A stretch of 63,178 nucleotides of DNA, counting the filler. It is 5 parts of 5 records of this genome, joined end to end, with 100 filler letters (N's around TTAATTAATTAA, not from the genome) between each part and the next. Parts side by side here need not be neighbours in the genome. Positions count along the whole stretch, not along the records: positions 1 to 13,584 come from DRR378314_839; positions 13,685 to 27,881 come from DRR378314_842; 3 more parts are not named here. One strand, written 5' to 3'. This document shows, piece after piece, positions 8,931-21,265 of the stretch. The position numbers and the translations under genes were made by a program. Under the pieces are notes generated by a model. The model was not told the origin of the DNA. It did not search any database and worked only from the letters and a program-made list of their open reading frames with translations. Positions within the stretch are counted from its first letter, which is position 1; every line of letters begins with the position of its first letter.

Positions 8931-11021
8931 TTATCCTACGGAAATCAGGCGGATAGCCTCATCCTGCCGCAACAGCCACAGCAGGGTCCGCGCCGCACGT
9001 CCCCGGTCGCTGGTCAGATCCGGGTCCGAGGTTATCAGGGCACGGGCATCGCTCTGGGCGACCGCCATCAGATCCGCCTGTCGCTCCAGATCCGCGATGC
9101 GGAACCTCGGCAGACCGGATTGGGCGGTGCCAATGACATCGCCCGCCCCGCGCATCTGCAGATCGGTTTCGGCAATGACAAATCCGTCCTCGCTCTCGCG
9201 CAGGACCTCCAACCGTTTGCGTCCGCCCTCGGTGAGCGGCGGCTGATACATCAAAAGACATGTGGACTCGGCGGTGCCACGGCCCACACGGCCGCGCAGC
9301 TGGTGCAACTGCGCCAGGCCAAAGATCTCGGCTCGCTCGATCACCATGATGGAGGCATTGGGCACGTTGACCCCGACCTCAATCACAGTGGTTGCGACCA
9401 GAACCCGCGTGCGGCCCTCCTGAAAGGCCGCCATGGCAGCATCCTTTTCCGCCGGTGGCATCTGCCCATGCACCAGCCCCACCACATCCTCGCCCAGCAC
9501 CGCGCGCAGGTGTTTGAACCGCTCATCCGCTGCGGTCAGATCCATCACCTCGGATTCCTCGACCAAGGGGCAGACCCAGTAACACTGCCGCCCCTCGGCA
9601 ATGGCGCGGCGCAGGTGATCGACCACCTCGGACATGCGTTCGGTGCTGAGGATTGCGGTCTTGATCGGTTTGCGCCCCGGCGGTTTCTCGTCCAAGACGG
9701 AAACTTCCATATCGCCGTATTGGGTCAACGCCAGCGAGCGCGGGATCGGCGTTGCGGTCATCACCAGCACATCGGCGCGCTTGCCCTTCTCGGCCAGCTC
9801 CATCCGTTGCCGCACACCAAAGCGGTGTTGCTCATCGACGACCACCAGCCGCAGATCGGCAAAACCGACGTCCTGCTGGAACACCGCATGGGTTCCCACC
9901 AGGATCTGAATGTCGCCGCGTTGCAAGGCCTCGACCTTGGCGCGGCGGTCCTTGCCCTTGTCCCGTCCCGTGAGGATTTCCAGCACCACACCGGCGTCAT
10001 TGGCAAGCGGCTGCAACCCCTCAAGATGTTGACGCGCAAGGATTTCCGTCGGCGCCATCATCACGCCCTGCCCACCGGCCTCCACCGCAACCAGAAGCGC
10101 CATGAAGGCCACCAGTGTCTTGCCGGCGCCCACATCGCCCTGCAGCAACCGGTTCATGCGCCGGGCCGAGGCCATATCCGCCGTGATTTCCTCGATGGCG
10201 CGCCCCTGTGCACCCGTGGGCCTGTAGGGCAGCGCTGAGAGCACCTTGCCTTGCAGTTTTCCGGTGGGAACGGAGCTCCGCCCCGGCTGCTCCCGCTCCA
10301 CGGACCGGGCGATCGCCAGCGTCAACTGATGCGCAAACAGCTCGTCATAGGCCAAGCGCGCCCTAGCGGGGGCAACCGGTTCAAGGTCCTCCGCGCCACC
10401 CGGCGTATGCGCCGCGGCGACCGCCGCGTGCCAATCCTCCCAGCCCTGTTTCGCCTTGTAGCCTCCATCCATCCATTCCGGCAGCTCCGGCATGCGCGAC
10501 ATCGCACTCTGAACCGCCTTGAACATGGTCTTCTGGGTGATGCCATGGGTCAGCGGATAGACCGGTTCGAAATCCGGAATCTCCCCCGCCTCCTCGACGG
10601 GCAGCATGTGGTCTGGATGGACCATCTGCGCCATGCCGTCGAACAGTTCCAGCTTCCCAGAGACAACGCGGCGCGACCCTTCCGGCAGTTGCGCCGTCAG
10701 ATATCGGCTGCGGCCATGGAAAAACACCAGCTGAAACTCGGTATCCTTATCCGTCACGTCGATCCGATAGGCGCCCCCCTTGTTGCGCGCGGGGCGGTGG
10801 TGACCAACTGTCACCTCGACCGTGGCCGTTGTTGGCAGCTCCAGCCCCCGGATGCTGTCACGCCGCCGTCGATCCACCACGCTATAGGGCAAAGTGTACA
10901 GCAGATCCCGCGGTGCGGAGATCCGCAGTTGTGCAAAGTGCTCAGCTGTTTTGGGACCGACACCTTGCAATGTCTCCAATTCCGCAAAAAGGGGGAACAG
11001 CTGTTCCGGACGACCGCTCAT
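8931..11021 (-). CDS. recG: ATP-dependent DNA helicase RecG
   Basis: RLLQGDVGAGKT, DEQHRFGV, MTATPIPRSL, QLHQLRGRVGRG, GTAQSG. Confidence 0.97.
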   Translation of the reverse strand: MSGRPEQLFPLFAELETLQGVGPKTAEHFAQLRISAPRDLLYTLPYSVVDRRRRDSIRGLELPTTATVEVTVGHHRPARNKGGAYRIDVTDKDTEFQLVFFHGRSRYLTAQLPEGSRRVVSGKLELFDGMAQMVHPDHMLPVEEAGEIPDFEPVYPLTHGITQKTMFKAVQSAMSRMPELPEWMDGGYKAKQGWEDWHAAVAAAHTPGGAEDLEPVAPARARLAYDELFAHQLTLAIARSVEREQPGRSSVPTGKLQGKVLSALPYRPTGAQGRAIEEITADMASARRMNRLLQGDVGAGKTLVAFMALLVAVEAGGQGVMMAPTEILARQHLEGLQPLANDAGVVLEILTGRDKGKDRRAKVEALQRGDIQILVGTHAVFQQDVGFADLRLVVVDEQHRFGVRQRMELAEKGKRADVLVMTATPIPRSLALTQYGDMEVSVLDEKPPGRKPIKTAILSTERMSEVVDHLRRAIAEGRQCYWVCPLVEESEVMDLTAADERFKHLRAVLGEDVVGLVHGQMPPAEKDAAMAAFQEGRTRVLVATTVIEVGVNVPNASIMVIERAEIFGLAQLHQLRGRVGRGTAESTCLLMYQPPLTEGGRKRLEVLRESEDGFVIAETDLQMRGAGDVIGTAQSGLPRFRIADLERQADLMAVAQSDARALITSDPDLTSDRGRAARTLLWLLRQDEAIRLISVG

Positions 11022-11034
11022 GTTCTGCTCACGC

Positions 11035-13389
<2,355 letters not shown>

Positions 13390-13424
13390 CTAGAAATTGT
13401 TGTGCGTTAAGTGCCTTGCCGTGC

Positions 13425-13584
13425 TCAGGCGCCGATCGCGATCCTCGGACCACCGGTGGACAGGTCCTCCTGCGGATCGCGCAGCACATAGCCGCGTCCC
13501 CAGACGGTTTCGATATAGTTTTCGCCGTCAGTTGCAGTGCTGAGCTTCTTGCGCAGCTTGCAAATAAACACGTCGATGATCTTC
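13425..13584 (-). CDS. ctrA: Cell-cycle response regulator CtrA, C-terminal fragment (contig end)
   Basis: Manual translation [37 protein letters not shown]...; ctrA-ligA-recG order typical of Rhodobacteraceae; absent from the ORF track. Confidence 0.92.
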
Positions 13585-13684
13585 NNNNNNNNNNNNNNNN
13601 NNNNNNNNNNNNNNNNNNNNNNNNNNNNTTAATTAATTAANNNNNNNNNNNNNNNNNNNNNNNNNNNNNNNNNNNNNNNNNNNN
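13585..13684. other. Artificial contig spacer 1
   Basis: N44-TTAATTAATTAA-N44. Confidence 0.99.
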
Positions 13685-14264
13685 AGCGGCGGAACTGGTC
13701 GCGGATCATCTCCAGTTCCTCGTCGAGACCGGAGGTGCCGAACATGGTGCTGCCGGACTGCCGCTCCATCAGCTCCACCAGCCGCACCCGCGCCGCCTGG
13801 GTGTTGCCGGACTGCGTCAACGTCATCACCGCCGGCGCCATCAGTGCGCGCTGATCGTCCTGGCTGAGGCCAAGATCCTGCAGGCGCAGCACCTCGCCCT
13901 GGTTCATCTGGATGCCGCCGTAGATCTGCCAGAGGTATTCACCAAAGGCGATCTGGTGGATCAGCTGCTCCATCTCGCCCAGCTTGCCCGCGCCCGAGAG
14001 CGTCTCGGCCCAGCGGTGCATCTGGCGCAGCGCATAGACATAGGTGGCCAGCCAGGCCAGCCCATGCGCGGCATATTGGTTCTGCTCGACCAGGGCGCCC
14101 GAGACCCGATCCCCGTCGCTGACCGTCGCACGCACCCGCGCTGTGGCAATCTCCAGCAGCTGGTCCAATGGCGTCAGGGCGTCTCGTGTCAGCGCCAGCA
14201 AATCCGGCAGCAATGGCGCGCTTGGGTTCATGTCCTGTCCGTCCATTTGTCCGTCATGGGGCAT
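13685..14264 (-). CDS. mcd: Acyl-CoA dehydrogenase, (2S)-methylsuccinyl-CoA dehydrogenase type, N-terminal part
   Basis: QYAAHGLAWLATYV..LRQM, QIAFGEYL.QI.GGI, GLDEELEMIRDQFRR match the recalled Mcd N-terminal extension. Confidence 0.8.
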
Positions 14265-14412
14265 CGGTCACATCCTCTTCAGGTCTGGCTCGGTGATAGG
14301 CTACTTTGCAGGTGCAGCGCAACAATAAATCCGAAATGATCCATCATTCATTCATTAATTACCCTTTCGTTTTTGCAGTGCAGTGCCCTCCGGATGTGCT
14401 ATGCGCAAGTTT

Positions 14413-15180
14413 ATGATGGATCTTTTTCCCTTTCTCGCGCCGGCCGGATTCGTGCTGGCCTTTGCCGTGGCGCTGGTCGCAGGCACCATCAAGGGCATTG
14501 TCGGCTTTGCCATGCCGATGATCATGGTCTCGGGACTGAGCTCGATCATGGCACCTGATCTGGCATTGGCCGGGCTGATCCTGCCGACGCTGGTGACCAA
14601 CGGGTTTCAGGCAATGCGGCAGGGCCCTCGCGCGGCCTGGCAGTCGATGAAGCGGTTTCGCGCTTTCCTGCTGGTGGGGGGCGTCTTCCTCATGTTGAGC
14701 GCGCAGCTGGTGCGGGTCTTGCCAGCGCAGGTGATGCTCCTGATCATCGGCGGGCCGATCACACTCTTTGCCGTGACCCAGCTGATGGGCAAGCATCTGG
14801 TGTTGCACGCCCCCTCGCGCCGGATGGAAATCGGCATCGGTGCCTTTGCCGGCTTCATCGGCGGCTTTTCCGGTATCTGGGGCCCGCCCACGGTGGCCTA
14901 TCTGACCGCGCTTGGAACCGAAAAACGCGAGCAGATGCGCATCCAGGGGGTGATCTACGGGCTGGGCGCGGTGGTGCTGTTCTTTGCACATGTCGGCTCC
15001 GGTGTGATGCGCAGTGAAACGCTGCCATTCTCGATCCTGATGATCCTGCCGGCACTGTTTGGCATGTGGCTGGGTGGACGATTGCAGGACAAAATCGACC
15101 AGAAGACCTTTCGCCGGGCGACCCTGTTTGTGCTGCTGATCGCGGGGCTGAACCTCATGCGCCGCGCGTTGGTGGGCTGA
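14413..15180 (+). CDS. TauE/SafE-family sulfite exporter-like membrane protein
   Basis: AGTIKGIVGFAMP, GFIGGFSGIWGPP, multiple TM helices; start uncertain. Confidence 0.85.
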   Translation: MMDLFPFLAPAGFVLAFAVALVAGTIKGIVGFAMPMIMVSGLSSIMAPDLALAGLILPTLVTNGFQAMRQGPRAAWQSMKRFRAFLLVGGVFLMLSAQLVRVLPAQVMLLIIGGPITLFAVTQLMGKHLVLHAPSRRMEIGIGAFAGFIGGFSGIWGPPTVAYLTALGTEKREQMRIQGVIYGLGAVVLFFAHVGSGVMRSETLPFSILMILPALFGMWLGGRLQDKIDQKTFRRATLFVLLIAGLNLMRRALVG

Positions 15181-15184
15181 GCCG

Positions 15185-16108
15185 ATGTCACCGGATCTCA
15201 GCACTCGCCTTTCAGCCAGTCAGATCGCCGGTGGCACCATTGTCGTGTCGCTGCTGGTCCTGGCGCTGAAGCTCGGCGCCTGGGCACTGACCGACTCTGT
15301 CGCCCTGTTCTCCGATGCTATGGAAAGCCTGGTGAACGTTTCGGCCGCAGTGTTGGCGTGGTTCGCCATCCGCTACGCTGAACGCCCGGCGGACGACGGC
15401 CATCCGTTCGGACATCACAAGGCCGAATACTTCTCTGCGGTGATCGAAGGCATCATGATCATTCTCGCCGCCGCATTGATCGTGCATCAGGCGATCTCTG
15501 CGCTGACCTCGGGCGCCATGGCAAACCTGACGCCCGTCGCCCTGGTCGTCAATGCGGCTGCACTCGCGATCAACCTCCTCTGGGCGCAGATCTTGCTGCG
15601 CTCAGGTCTACGCCTGAAATCACCCGCCTTCGAGGCCGGCGGACGCCACCTGATGAGCGACGTCTGGACGTCGGCCGGGGTGATGGGCGGGCTGATACTG
15701 GTTCTGGTCACCGGCTGGACGGTTCTGGATCCGATCCTGGCGCTGCTTGTTGCGGTGAACATCCTGCGCGAGGGGCTGCATGTGGTCTCCGACTCCGTGG
15801 ACGGCCTGATGGACAAGGCCGCCACCGCCGAGGAACAGGACAAGATCCGCGCGGTGATCCTCGGCTCTGGCGGCGGCGCACTGCAAATCCACGACATCAA
15901 GACCCGACGCGCGGGTAAGGCGATGTTCGTGGAGTTCCACATGGTGGTCGACGGCGCAATGACGGTGGCGCAAAGCCATGACATCTGTGATCGGCTGGAG
16001 CACGAGATCGAGGCCACCCTGCCCGGTGTGCATGTCACCATCCATGTGGAGCCCGACCACAAGTTGGAAGACAGCGGGCTGGAACCGACGTCCCCTGCCC
16101 CCCGCTGA
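15185..16108 (+). CDS. Cation diffusion facilitator transporter (FieF-like)
   Basis: SDAMESLVN, HPFGHHKAEY, HLMSDVWTS, HDICDRLE, IHVEP. Confidence 0.92.
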   Translation: MSPDLSTRLSASQIAGGTIVVSLLVLALKLGAWALTDSVALFSDAMESLVNVSAAVLAWFAIRYAERPADDGHPFGHHKAEYFSAVIEGIMIILAAALIVHQAISALTSGAMANLTPVALVVNAAALAINLLWAQILLRSGLRLKSPAFEAGGRHLMSDVWTSAGVMGGLILVLVTGWTVLDPILALLVAVNILREGLHVVSDSVDGLMDKAATAEEQDKIRAVILGSGGGALQIHDIKTRRAGKAMFVEFHMVVDGAMTVAQSHDICDRLEHEIEATLPGVHVTIHVEPDHKLEDSGLEPTSPAPR

Positions 16109-16120
16109 CAGCCCACCTCT

Positions 16121-16260
16121 GCAGGAGGGTTTGCGCTGCGCTGCGCGCATCGCGCGGGGGCGGGGGCCGCGCCTTCGGCGCGGCCCCCGCCCGGCCCAAC
16201 TGCCATGTGGCAGCCGACCGAAAGGTCGGTTGAGCATGGCGGGCGGGAGCACCCCCTTGC
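16121..16260. repeat. 140-nt nested inverted-repeat element (MITE/REP-like or structured leader)
   Basis: Termini GCAGGAGGGT/ACCCCCTTGC pair; 16-bp perfect stem 16158-16192; CCGACC-GAAA-GGTCGG hairpin 16214-16229. Confidence 0.65.
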
Positions 16261-16347
16261 GACGACACCATACGGACAGGTTGCAATTCCGGAGCCGAGA
16301 GGCTTTTTAGGCCGGAGCCCACCAACTGGCACAGGAGAGAGCACCCG

Positions 16348-17715
16348 ATGGACTGGACCCAGCTGCTGAACCCGGGACGCCTGTGCCGCCCCGACTACGC
16401 CGACAAACCGGATCGCCCGGCCTATCTGCAGGACTACGACCGCATCCTGTTCTCGGAACCGTTCCGCCGCCTGGCGCAGAAGACGCAAGTTCACCCGCTC
16501 TATGACCACGATCATGTGCACCATCGGATGATCCACTCGATGGAGACCTCCTCGGTGGGCCGGTCGCTGGGGATCCAGGTCGGGCAAGCGCTGGTCAAGG
16601 ACGGACGCCTGCAGGAGGGGCTGCAGCATGTGATCGCAGGCACCGTGCAGGCCGCTTGTCTGGTGCATGACATCGGAAACCCGCCGTTTGGTCACTCCGG
16701 CGAGGCGAGCATCGGCGCATGGTTTGCCCAGAAGTTTGCCGCCGACGCGGGCAAGCGCAGCGGAATCGCCGGAGGGATCCCCCCGGAACGTCGCGCCGAG
16801 TTTACCGCCTTTGAAGGCAACGCCCAGGGCTTTCGCATCGTGTCCCGCCTGGAGATGGCGCGGCGCGAGGGCGGCATGCGGCTGTCCTATGCAACGCTTG
16901 GAGCCTTTGCCAAATACCCCTGCACCGCCGCCGCAGCAGCCGACTCAGAGCACTCTTACGTTGGCCTGAAGAAATTCGGTACCTTCGCGAGCGACGAAGA
17001 CCTCTTTGCCGAAGTCGCCACCGCCCTTGGCCTGCCAGAGGAGCGCACGGCCGCAGGACACCGCTGGTGGCGCCGCCATCCGCTGGCCTTCCTCGTCGAG
17101 GCGGCGGATGACATCTGCTACCGCATTCTGGATCTGGAGGACGCCGCCACCGTGGGTGACCTCGACAGCGCCGTTGTGTCGGAGATCCTCGAAGAGATCA
17201 CCGGCAAGCCCAACCGCGCACCCGATCCCGGCATGACGCTCAGCGACCGCACAGGGATGCTGCGTGCCATGGCAATCGGCGCCGCCATCGACAGTGCGGT
17301 GACGGCGTTCCTTGACCACTACGATGACATCATGGCGGGCACGTTCAACGACGGGCTGATGGAAGTCTCCTCAAAGGCCTCCGCCTTCAAACGTCTCAAG
17401 GAGATCTCCAACGCCCGCATCTTCACCGCCCAGCGCAAGACCGAACTGGAGGTGGTGGGACGCAAGGTGCTGTTCACCATCCTTGACGAGTTCCATGATC
17501 TGCTCATCGCCTTGAAGGACTGCAATTGGGACGCGGATCGCCTGCTCAATGAGCATGGCTACTGGACGCAACTGGTGCGCGCCGTGGATCTGGATCTGCG
17601 CGGTATCGAGGACGACTATACCGCGGCCCATGCGCTGACCGATTTTGTCTCCGGCATGACAGACCGCTACGCCCTGCGGGTGCGGGACATGATCACCGGG
17701 CAGGTGCCCAGCTAG
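16348..17715 (+). CDS. dgt: HD-family dNTP triphosphohydrolase (dGTPase)
   Basis: DYDRILFS..FRRLAQKTQV, HS, HDIGNPPFGHSGE, FEGNAQ, EAADDICY, DFVSGMTDRYA. Confidence 0.9.
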   Translation: MDWTQLLNPGRLCRPDYADKPDRPAYLQDYDRILFSEPFRRLAQKTQVHPLYDHDHVHHRMIHSMETSSVGRSLGIQVGQALVKDGRLQEGLQHVIAGTVQAACLVHDIGNPPFGHSGEASIGAWFAQKFAADAGKRSGIAGGIPPERRAEFTAFEGNAQGFRIVSRLEMARREGGMRLSYATLGAFAKYPCTAAAAADSEHSYVGLKKFGTFASDEDLFAEVATALGLPEERTAAGHRWWRRHPLAFLVEAADDICYRILDLEDAATVGDLDSAVVSEILEEITGKPNRAPDPGMTLSDRTGMLRAMAIGAAIDSAVTAFLDHYDDIMAGTFNDGLMEVSSKASAFKRLKEISNARIFTAQRKTELEVVGRKVLFTILDEFHDLLIALKDCNWDADRLLNEHGYWTQLVRAVDLDLRGIEDDYTAAHALTDFVSGMTDRYALRVRDMITGQVPS

Positions 17716-17903
17716 CAGAACCGGCACGGGCGCTGTCCACACATGCCACGAGACAGCGCCCAGGCGATACGACAGCCCTTCTGACCCAATGTTTCGCGCG
17801 CGAAACAATAGGGCAGCATGCGCGACCTATCATTCTGTTTTTATTAAATATTCCAAACATATTCCGAACATTGCGCCCGGAGCAACGGCAACAGCTGCAC
17901 GGC

Positions 17904-17933
17904 AAAAGGCCCCCTCCTTTCGGAGAGGGCTTT
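17904..17933. terminator. Bidirectional-type terminator downstream of phoX
   Basis: AAAAGGCCCCCTCC-tttc-GGAGAGGGCTTT. Confidence 0.7.
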
Positions 17934-17955
17934 CGGTAAACCTACCGCCTATGAC

Positions 17956-19839
17956 TTAGCCGAAGGCGGCGCCGTCTTCGCGCCAGACGGTGACCACGGC
18001 AGAGCGCGGCTTGCCGTTGCCATCGGGCCATGCGCCACCCGGATGCTGCACGCCGACAAAGGCGACAGTCTTGTCCAGCGACCAGCACAGGCCGGTCACC
18101 TCGGCGCCGTTCGGCACGGTCATGAAGCGGGCGATCTCACCCGATTCCGGGTCGCCGACCAGCATCTGGTTGTTGCCCTGACCGGCAAATTCACCCTCGT
18201 TGCTGTCGTCGCCATCGGTCTGGATCCACAGCATCCCGTCGGAGGAAAAGGCCATGCCGTCGGGGGAGTTGAACATGTTGCCCGCGTTGACGTTCTCGGA
18301 CCCGGCATAGGCGTTGTTGTAGACTGTCGGGTTGCCGGCCATCACGTAGAGATCCCAGGTGAAGGCATCACCGGCGTGATTGCCGTCCGCCGGAGTCCAA
18401 CGCACGATTTGACCATAGTTGTTGGTCTCACGCGGGTTCGGCGCGTTGACCGAGGTGTCGTCGCCGCCAGCATTCGGCTTAACACCACGGTTCTTGTTGT
18501 TGGTCAGCGCGCAGTAGCCTTCCGCCTTCAGCGGGTTGCAGGCCACCCACTCGGGGCGGTCCATGGTGGTGCCACCCACAGCAGAGGCCGCCATACGGGT
18601 GAAGCAGAGGATCTCTGCCGCGTCCATGCCGGTGGCCTCGGGCGTCAGGGCCAGCCATTCGCCGGTCATGTCGTCGTTGAACTTCGCCACATAAAGCGTG
18701 CCGTCGTCCAGCAGGCCATCAGTTGCCTCGCCTTCGGCCCAAGTGTTTGCGGAGACGTATTTATAGAGATACTCACCGCGCTCATCATCGCCCATGTAAA
18801 CCACGATATGGCCATCGGCGGCGTGCACCATCTCGGCATTTTCATGCTTGAACCGGCCCAGAGCGGTGCGTTTCACCGGGGTGGAGGTCGCATCCGCCGG
18901 GTTGATCTCGGTGATGAAGCCGTGGCGGTGCGGCTCGTTCGGCTCTTTCGACAGATCGTAGCGATCATCGAATTTCTCATAGGCATAGCGACCTTCGCCA
19001 CCGATGCCATAGCGGATATAGCCCTCGCCTTCGGGCATCTCGCCGGTGGCACCGAAGTAGCCGTTAAAGTTCTCTTCGCAGGTCAGATAGGTGCCCCAGA
19101 GAGTCTTGCCGGAGCCGCAGTTGTTCATGGTGCCCTTGACGGTGCGCCCTGCGGGATCGGCCTTGGTCTTGACCAGATCGTGACCGGCCAGCGGGCCTGC
19201 CAGGGTCATCTCGGTCTCATGGGTGATGCGGCGGTTCAGTGGGCTGTCTTTTACAACGGCATAGCCCGTGTCGCCCATCGCCACTTCCATCACGGTGACG
19301 CCCTGCAGGTTTTTCAGCAGCATCACCTCGTCGGCAGTCTGCGGCACCCCGTCAGAGGCGGCGGGCAGGTTGATCTTCGGGTTCACATATTCGGAGTTCA
19401 CCGCGATGACCTCGCGGCCCTCGATCTCGAACAGCTCCATGCCGTCGGTGTTCTCGCCAAAGACCTTGTCGGACATCTCGACCGAGACGCCGGTCTCGGC
19501 GGAATAGGCGCCCTCGGCGTCGGACCAGAGCGCATCGCCCCAGCGCACCAGAACCTGGCTTTTGTAGCCGGCGGGCACATGCACGGCGTGATCGGTGGCG
19601 ATGCCGATGGGCTCAAACGCGAATGTCGCGCCACCGGCGGCGCGCGCTGCGGTGGTGGAGGACATCAGCCCGGTGCCGAAGACCGCCGCGCCGGAGCCAA
19701 ACGCCAGCGCTCCGCCCAGAAAGCCACGGCGCGAAACGGCGCGTTCGACAACGGCATCAAACTGGTGCTCGTTAGGGCGGGGATCCCGGTGCTCGTCAAA
19801 GTCGTCCCAGGAAAGATCGATGAGGGTCTTATCAACCAT
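17956..19839 (-). CDS. phoX: PhoX-family alkaline phosphatase, Tat-exported
   Basis: SRRGFL Tat motif, NCGSG.T.WGTYLTCEENF, GRFKHE, MDRPEW, NSPDG, EVTG, VQHPG. Confidence 0.95.
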   Translation of the reverse strand: MVDKTLIDLSWDDFDEHRDPRPNEHQFDAVVERAVSRRGFLGGALAFGSGAAVFGTGLMSSTTAARAAGGATFAFEPIGIATDHAVHVPAGYKSQVLVRWGDALWSDAEGAYSAETGVSVEMSDKVFGENTDGMELFEIEGREVIAVNSEYVNPKINLPAASDGVPQTADEVMLLKNLQGVTVMEVAMGDTGYAVVKDSPLNRRITHETEMTLAGPLAGHDLVKTKADPAGRTVKGTMNNCGSGKTLWGTYLTCEENFNGYFGATGEMPEGEGYIRYGIGGEGRYAYEKFDDRYDLSKEPNEPHRHGFITEINPADATSTPVKRTALGRFKHENAEMVHAADGHIVVYMGDDERGEYLYKYVSANTWAEGEATDGLLDDGTLYVAKFNDDMTGEWLALTPEATGMDAAEILCFTRMAASAVGGTTMDRPEWVACNPLKAEGYCALTNNKNRGVKPNAGGDDTSVNAPNPRETNNYGQIVRWTPADGNHAGDAFTWDLYVMAGNPTVYNNAYAGSENVNAGNMFNSPDGMAFSSDGMLWIQTDGDDSNEGEFAGQGNNQMLVGDPESGEIARFMTVPNGAEVTGLCWSLDKTVAFVGVQHPGGAWPDGNGKPRSAVVTVWREDGAAFG

Positions 19840-19998
19840 TTTAGTGCGCTCCTCGCTGTCAAATTGGCTGGGATACGACCCCTTCTGCACGGGCCGAACC
19901 GCAAGGGCGTTCTTCCCCTCGTGATGTATCATGCGTGTGACGTCGGTGGCCGGGGCACTGCATTGTCACAATCAGCGGCGGGTTTTTGCGCGCAATGA

Positions 19999-20724
19999 CT
20001 AGAGCCGCCGCGCCAAAGCATCGAGGAACCGCCCGCGTGCCTCGGGCAGGGGACGGTTGCCAAGCGCCGGGGCCAGTTTTGACTCGAAGAAGAAGCCGGT
20101 GGTTCTGAGCGCGGTGAGGACCTCGATATCCTCCGCCGCGCCCTGCCCCAGCATCACCGGCGGCAATTGCAGCAGCCGGTCGGCCCAGTCGCCGGCGCCG
20201 TCCTGCGACACCGCGCGGCCCGTCTTGGGCGACACATAAGCCAGCCCCTCGGTCGCCCCCGTGACGGCACAGGCCGAAAGGTCGAGCCCGTAGCCCAACT
20301 CCTCCAGCAGCGCCATTTCCCAGCGCAGATAGGCCAGCGGCCAGAGGTCGTCATTGTCCAGCAGGTCCAGCAGCGCCTCGCTGCGACGGTACAGCCCCGG
20401 ATGGGGTTCCCGGTCCGGCAGGGCAAAGGCCAGCAGCGCGCAGACCGCGTTGAGCCCGGCGAGCGCCAGCCGACCGGAGAGCGCCGCCGCTGCCCGGCTG
20501 CGCAGCGGTTCTGCCTTGAAGGTGCCAAGGTGGTCTTCAAGCCGCGCAGACCAGGCCAGATCCAGCTGTGCGCCCGGTTGCAGCATCGGCGCCATGCGAC
20601 GGCTGGCGCCCCCGCGCACGAGGCCGGCATGGCGACCGTGGTGTTCCGTGAAGACCTCGATCAGGGCGGAGGATTCGCCGTGGCGACGTACCGTCAGCAG
20701 AATGCCCTGATCGCGCCAGTCCAT
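19999..20724 (-). CDS. recO: DNA repair protein RecO
   Basis: [42 protein letters not shown]. Confidence 0.95.
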   Translation of the reverse strand: MDWRDQGILLTVRRHGESSALIEVFTEHHGRHAGLVRGGASRRMAPMLQPGAQLDLAWSARLEDHLGTFKAEPLRSRAAAALSGRLALAGLNAVCALLAFALPDREPHPGLYRRSEALLDLLDNDDLWPLAYLRWEMALLEELGYGLDLSACAVTGATEGLAYVSPKTGRAVSQDGAGDWADRLLQLPPVMLGQGAAEDIEVLTALRTTGFFFESKLAPALGNRPLPEARGRFLDALARRL

Positions 20725-20727
20725 TGC

Positions 20728-21057
20728 TTACTCCAGACCGGGTTCATCAAGCAGGTGGCGACCCGCGCGGTCCTCCACCTCGATCACCCAGAGGTCGCTG
20801 TCGAACTGGCGCTGCCTGGCGATAGCGGCCTCGGCTTCGGCATCCTCGCCTGCAGTGAGCTCGACCCATTTGCGCTCTCCGGTCATCAGGTCAAAGGACC
20901 GCTGATAGACCTGGGCCTGCCCGTCGAGCGTGTTGAGCTTGACCAGCACCGCACCGGCGGTGTCATCACCATGGGCCGTGACAAAGGCCGGAATGTCCTG
21001 AAACCGCAGGCGGGCCAGATAGGCGTCGACCCAGAAACGGGCGGTGAGGCGGGTCAT
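20728..21057 (-). CDS. DUF1491-family protein
   Basis: RLTARFWV.AY, GDDTAGAVLVK, FDSDLWVIEVEDR; lies between era and recO. Confidence 0.85.
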   Translation of the reverse strand: MTRLTARFWVDAYLARLRFQDIPAFVTAHGDDTAGAVLVKLNTLDGQAQVYQRSFDLMTGERKWVELTAGEDAEAEAAIARQRQFDSDLWVIEVEDRAGRHLLDEPGLE

Positions 21058-21091
21058 GAACGCTCCTGCTGCAGTGGCGGCCTGCGTGGAC

Positions 21092-21200
21092 GCCTCCGGC
21101 AGTATTTAGGGAAAGATGGCGGCGCGGCGCAAGGGGCGCGGAGGCTCCGCCGGAGGCAACGGGAGGAGCCTCCGGCGGGGATATCTTCGAGAAGATGAAA
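21092..21200. repeat. REP-like palindromic intergenic repeat, two related units
   Basis: GCCTCCGGC-agtatttagggaaagatg (21092) and GCCTCCGGC-ggggatatcttcgagaagatg (21168); CCGCCGGAGGC/GCCTCCGGCGG hairpin 21147-21178. Confidence 0.6.
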
Positions 21201-21265
21201 GGCTTTTCGCGCCCGCGCCGGGCGACGGGATTGCAGCGCGGCAGTCAGGTTGCGTCAGGGCGGGG

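Noticed and set aside
13629-13640. TTAATTAATTAA inside N-runs as a biological repeat or CtrA-like site
   Set aside because: Identical all-frame-stop linker at all four gaps; an assembly artefact
19900-19995. Pho box upstream of phoX
   Set aside because: Only isolated GTCAC half-sites; no convincing CTGTCAT-N4-CTGTCAT pair, although one would be expected
18043-19998. 651-aa + strand ORF and similar long antisense ORFs (11416-12627, 26727-27929, 51675-53408, 54693-56570, 61643-62944)
   Set aside because: Shadow frames of real high-GC genes on the other strand; no recognisable motifs
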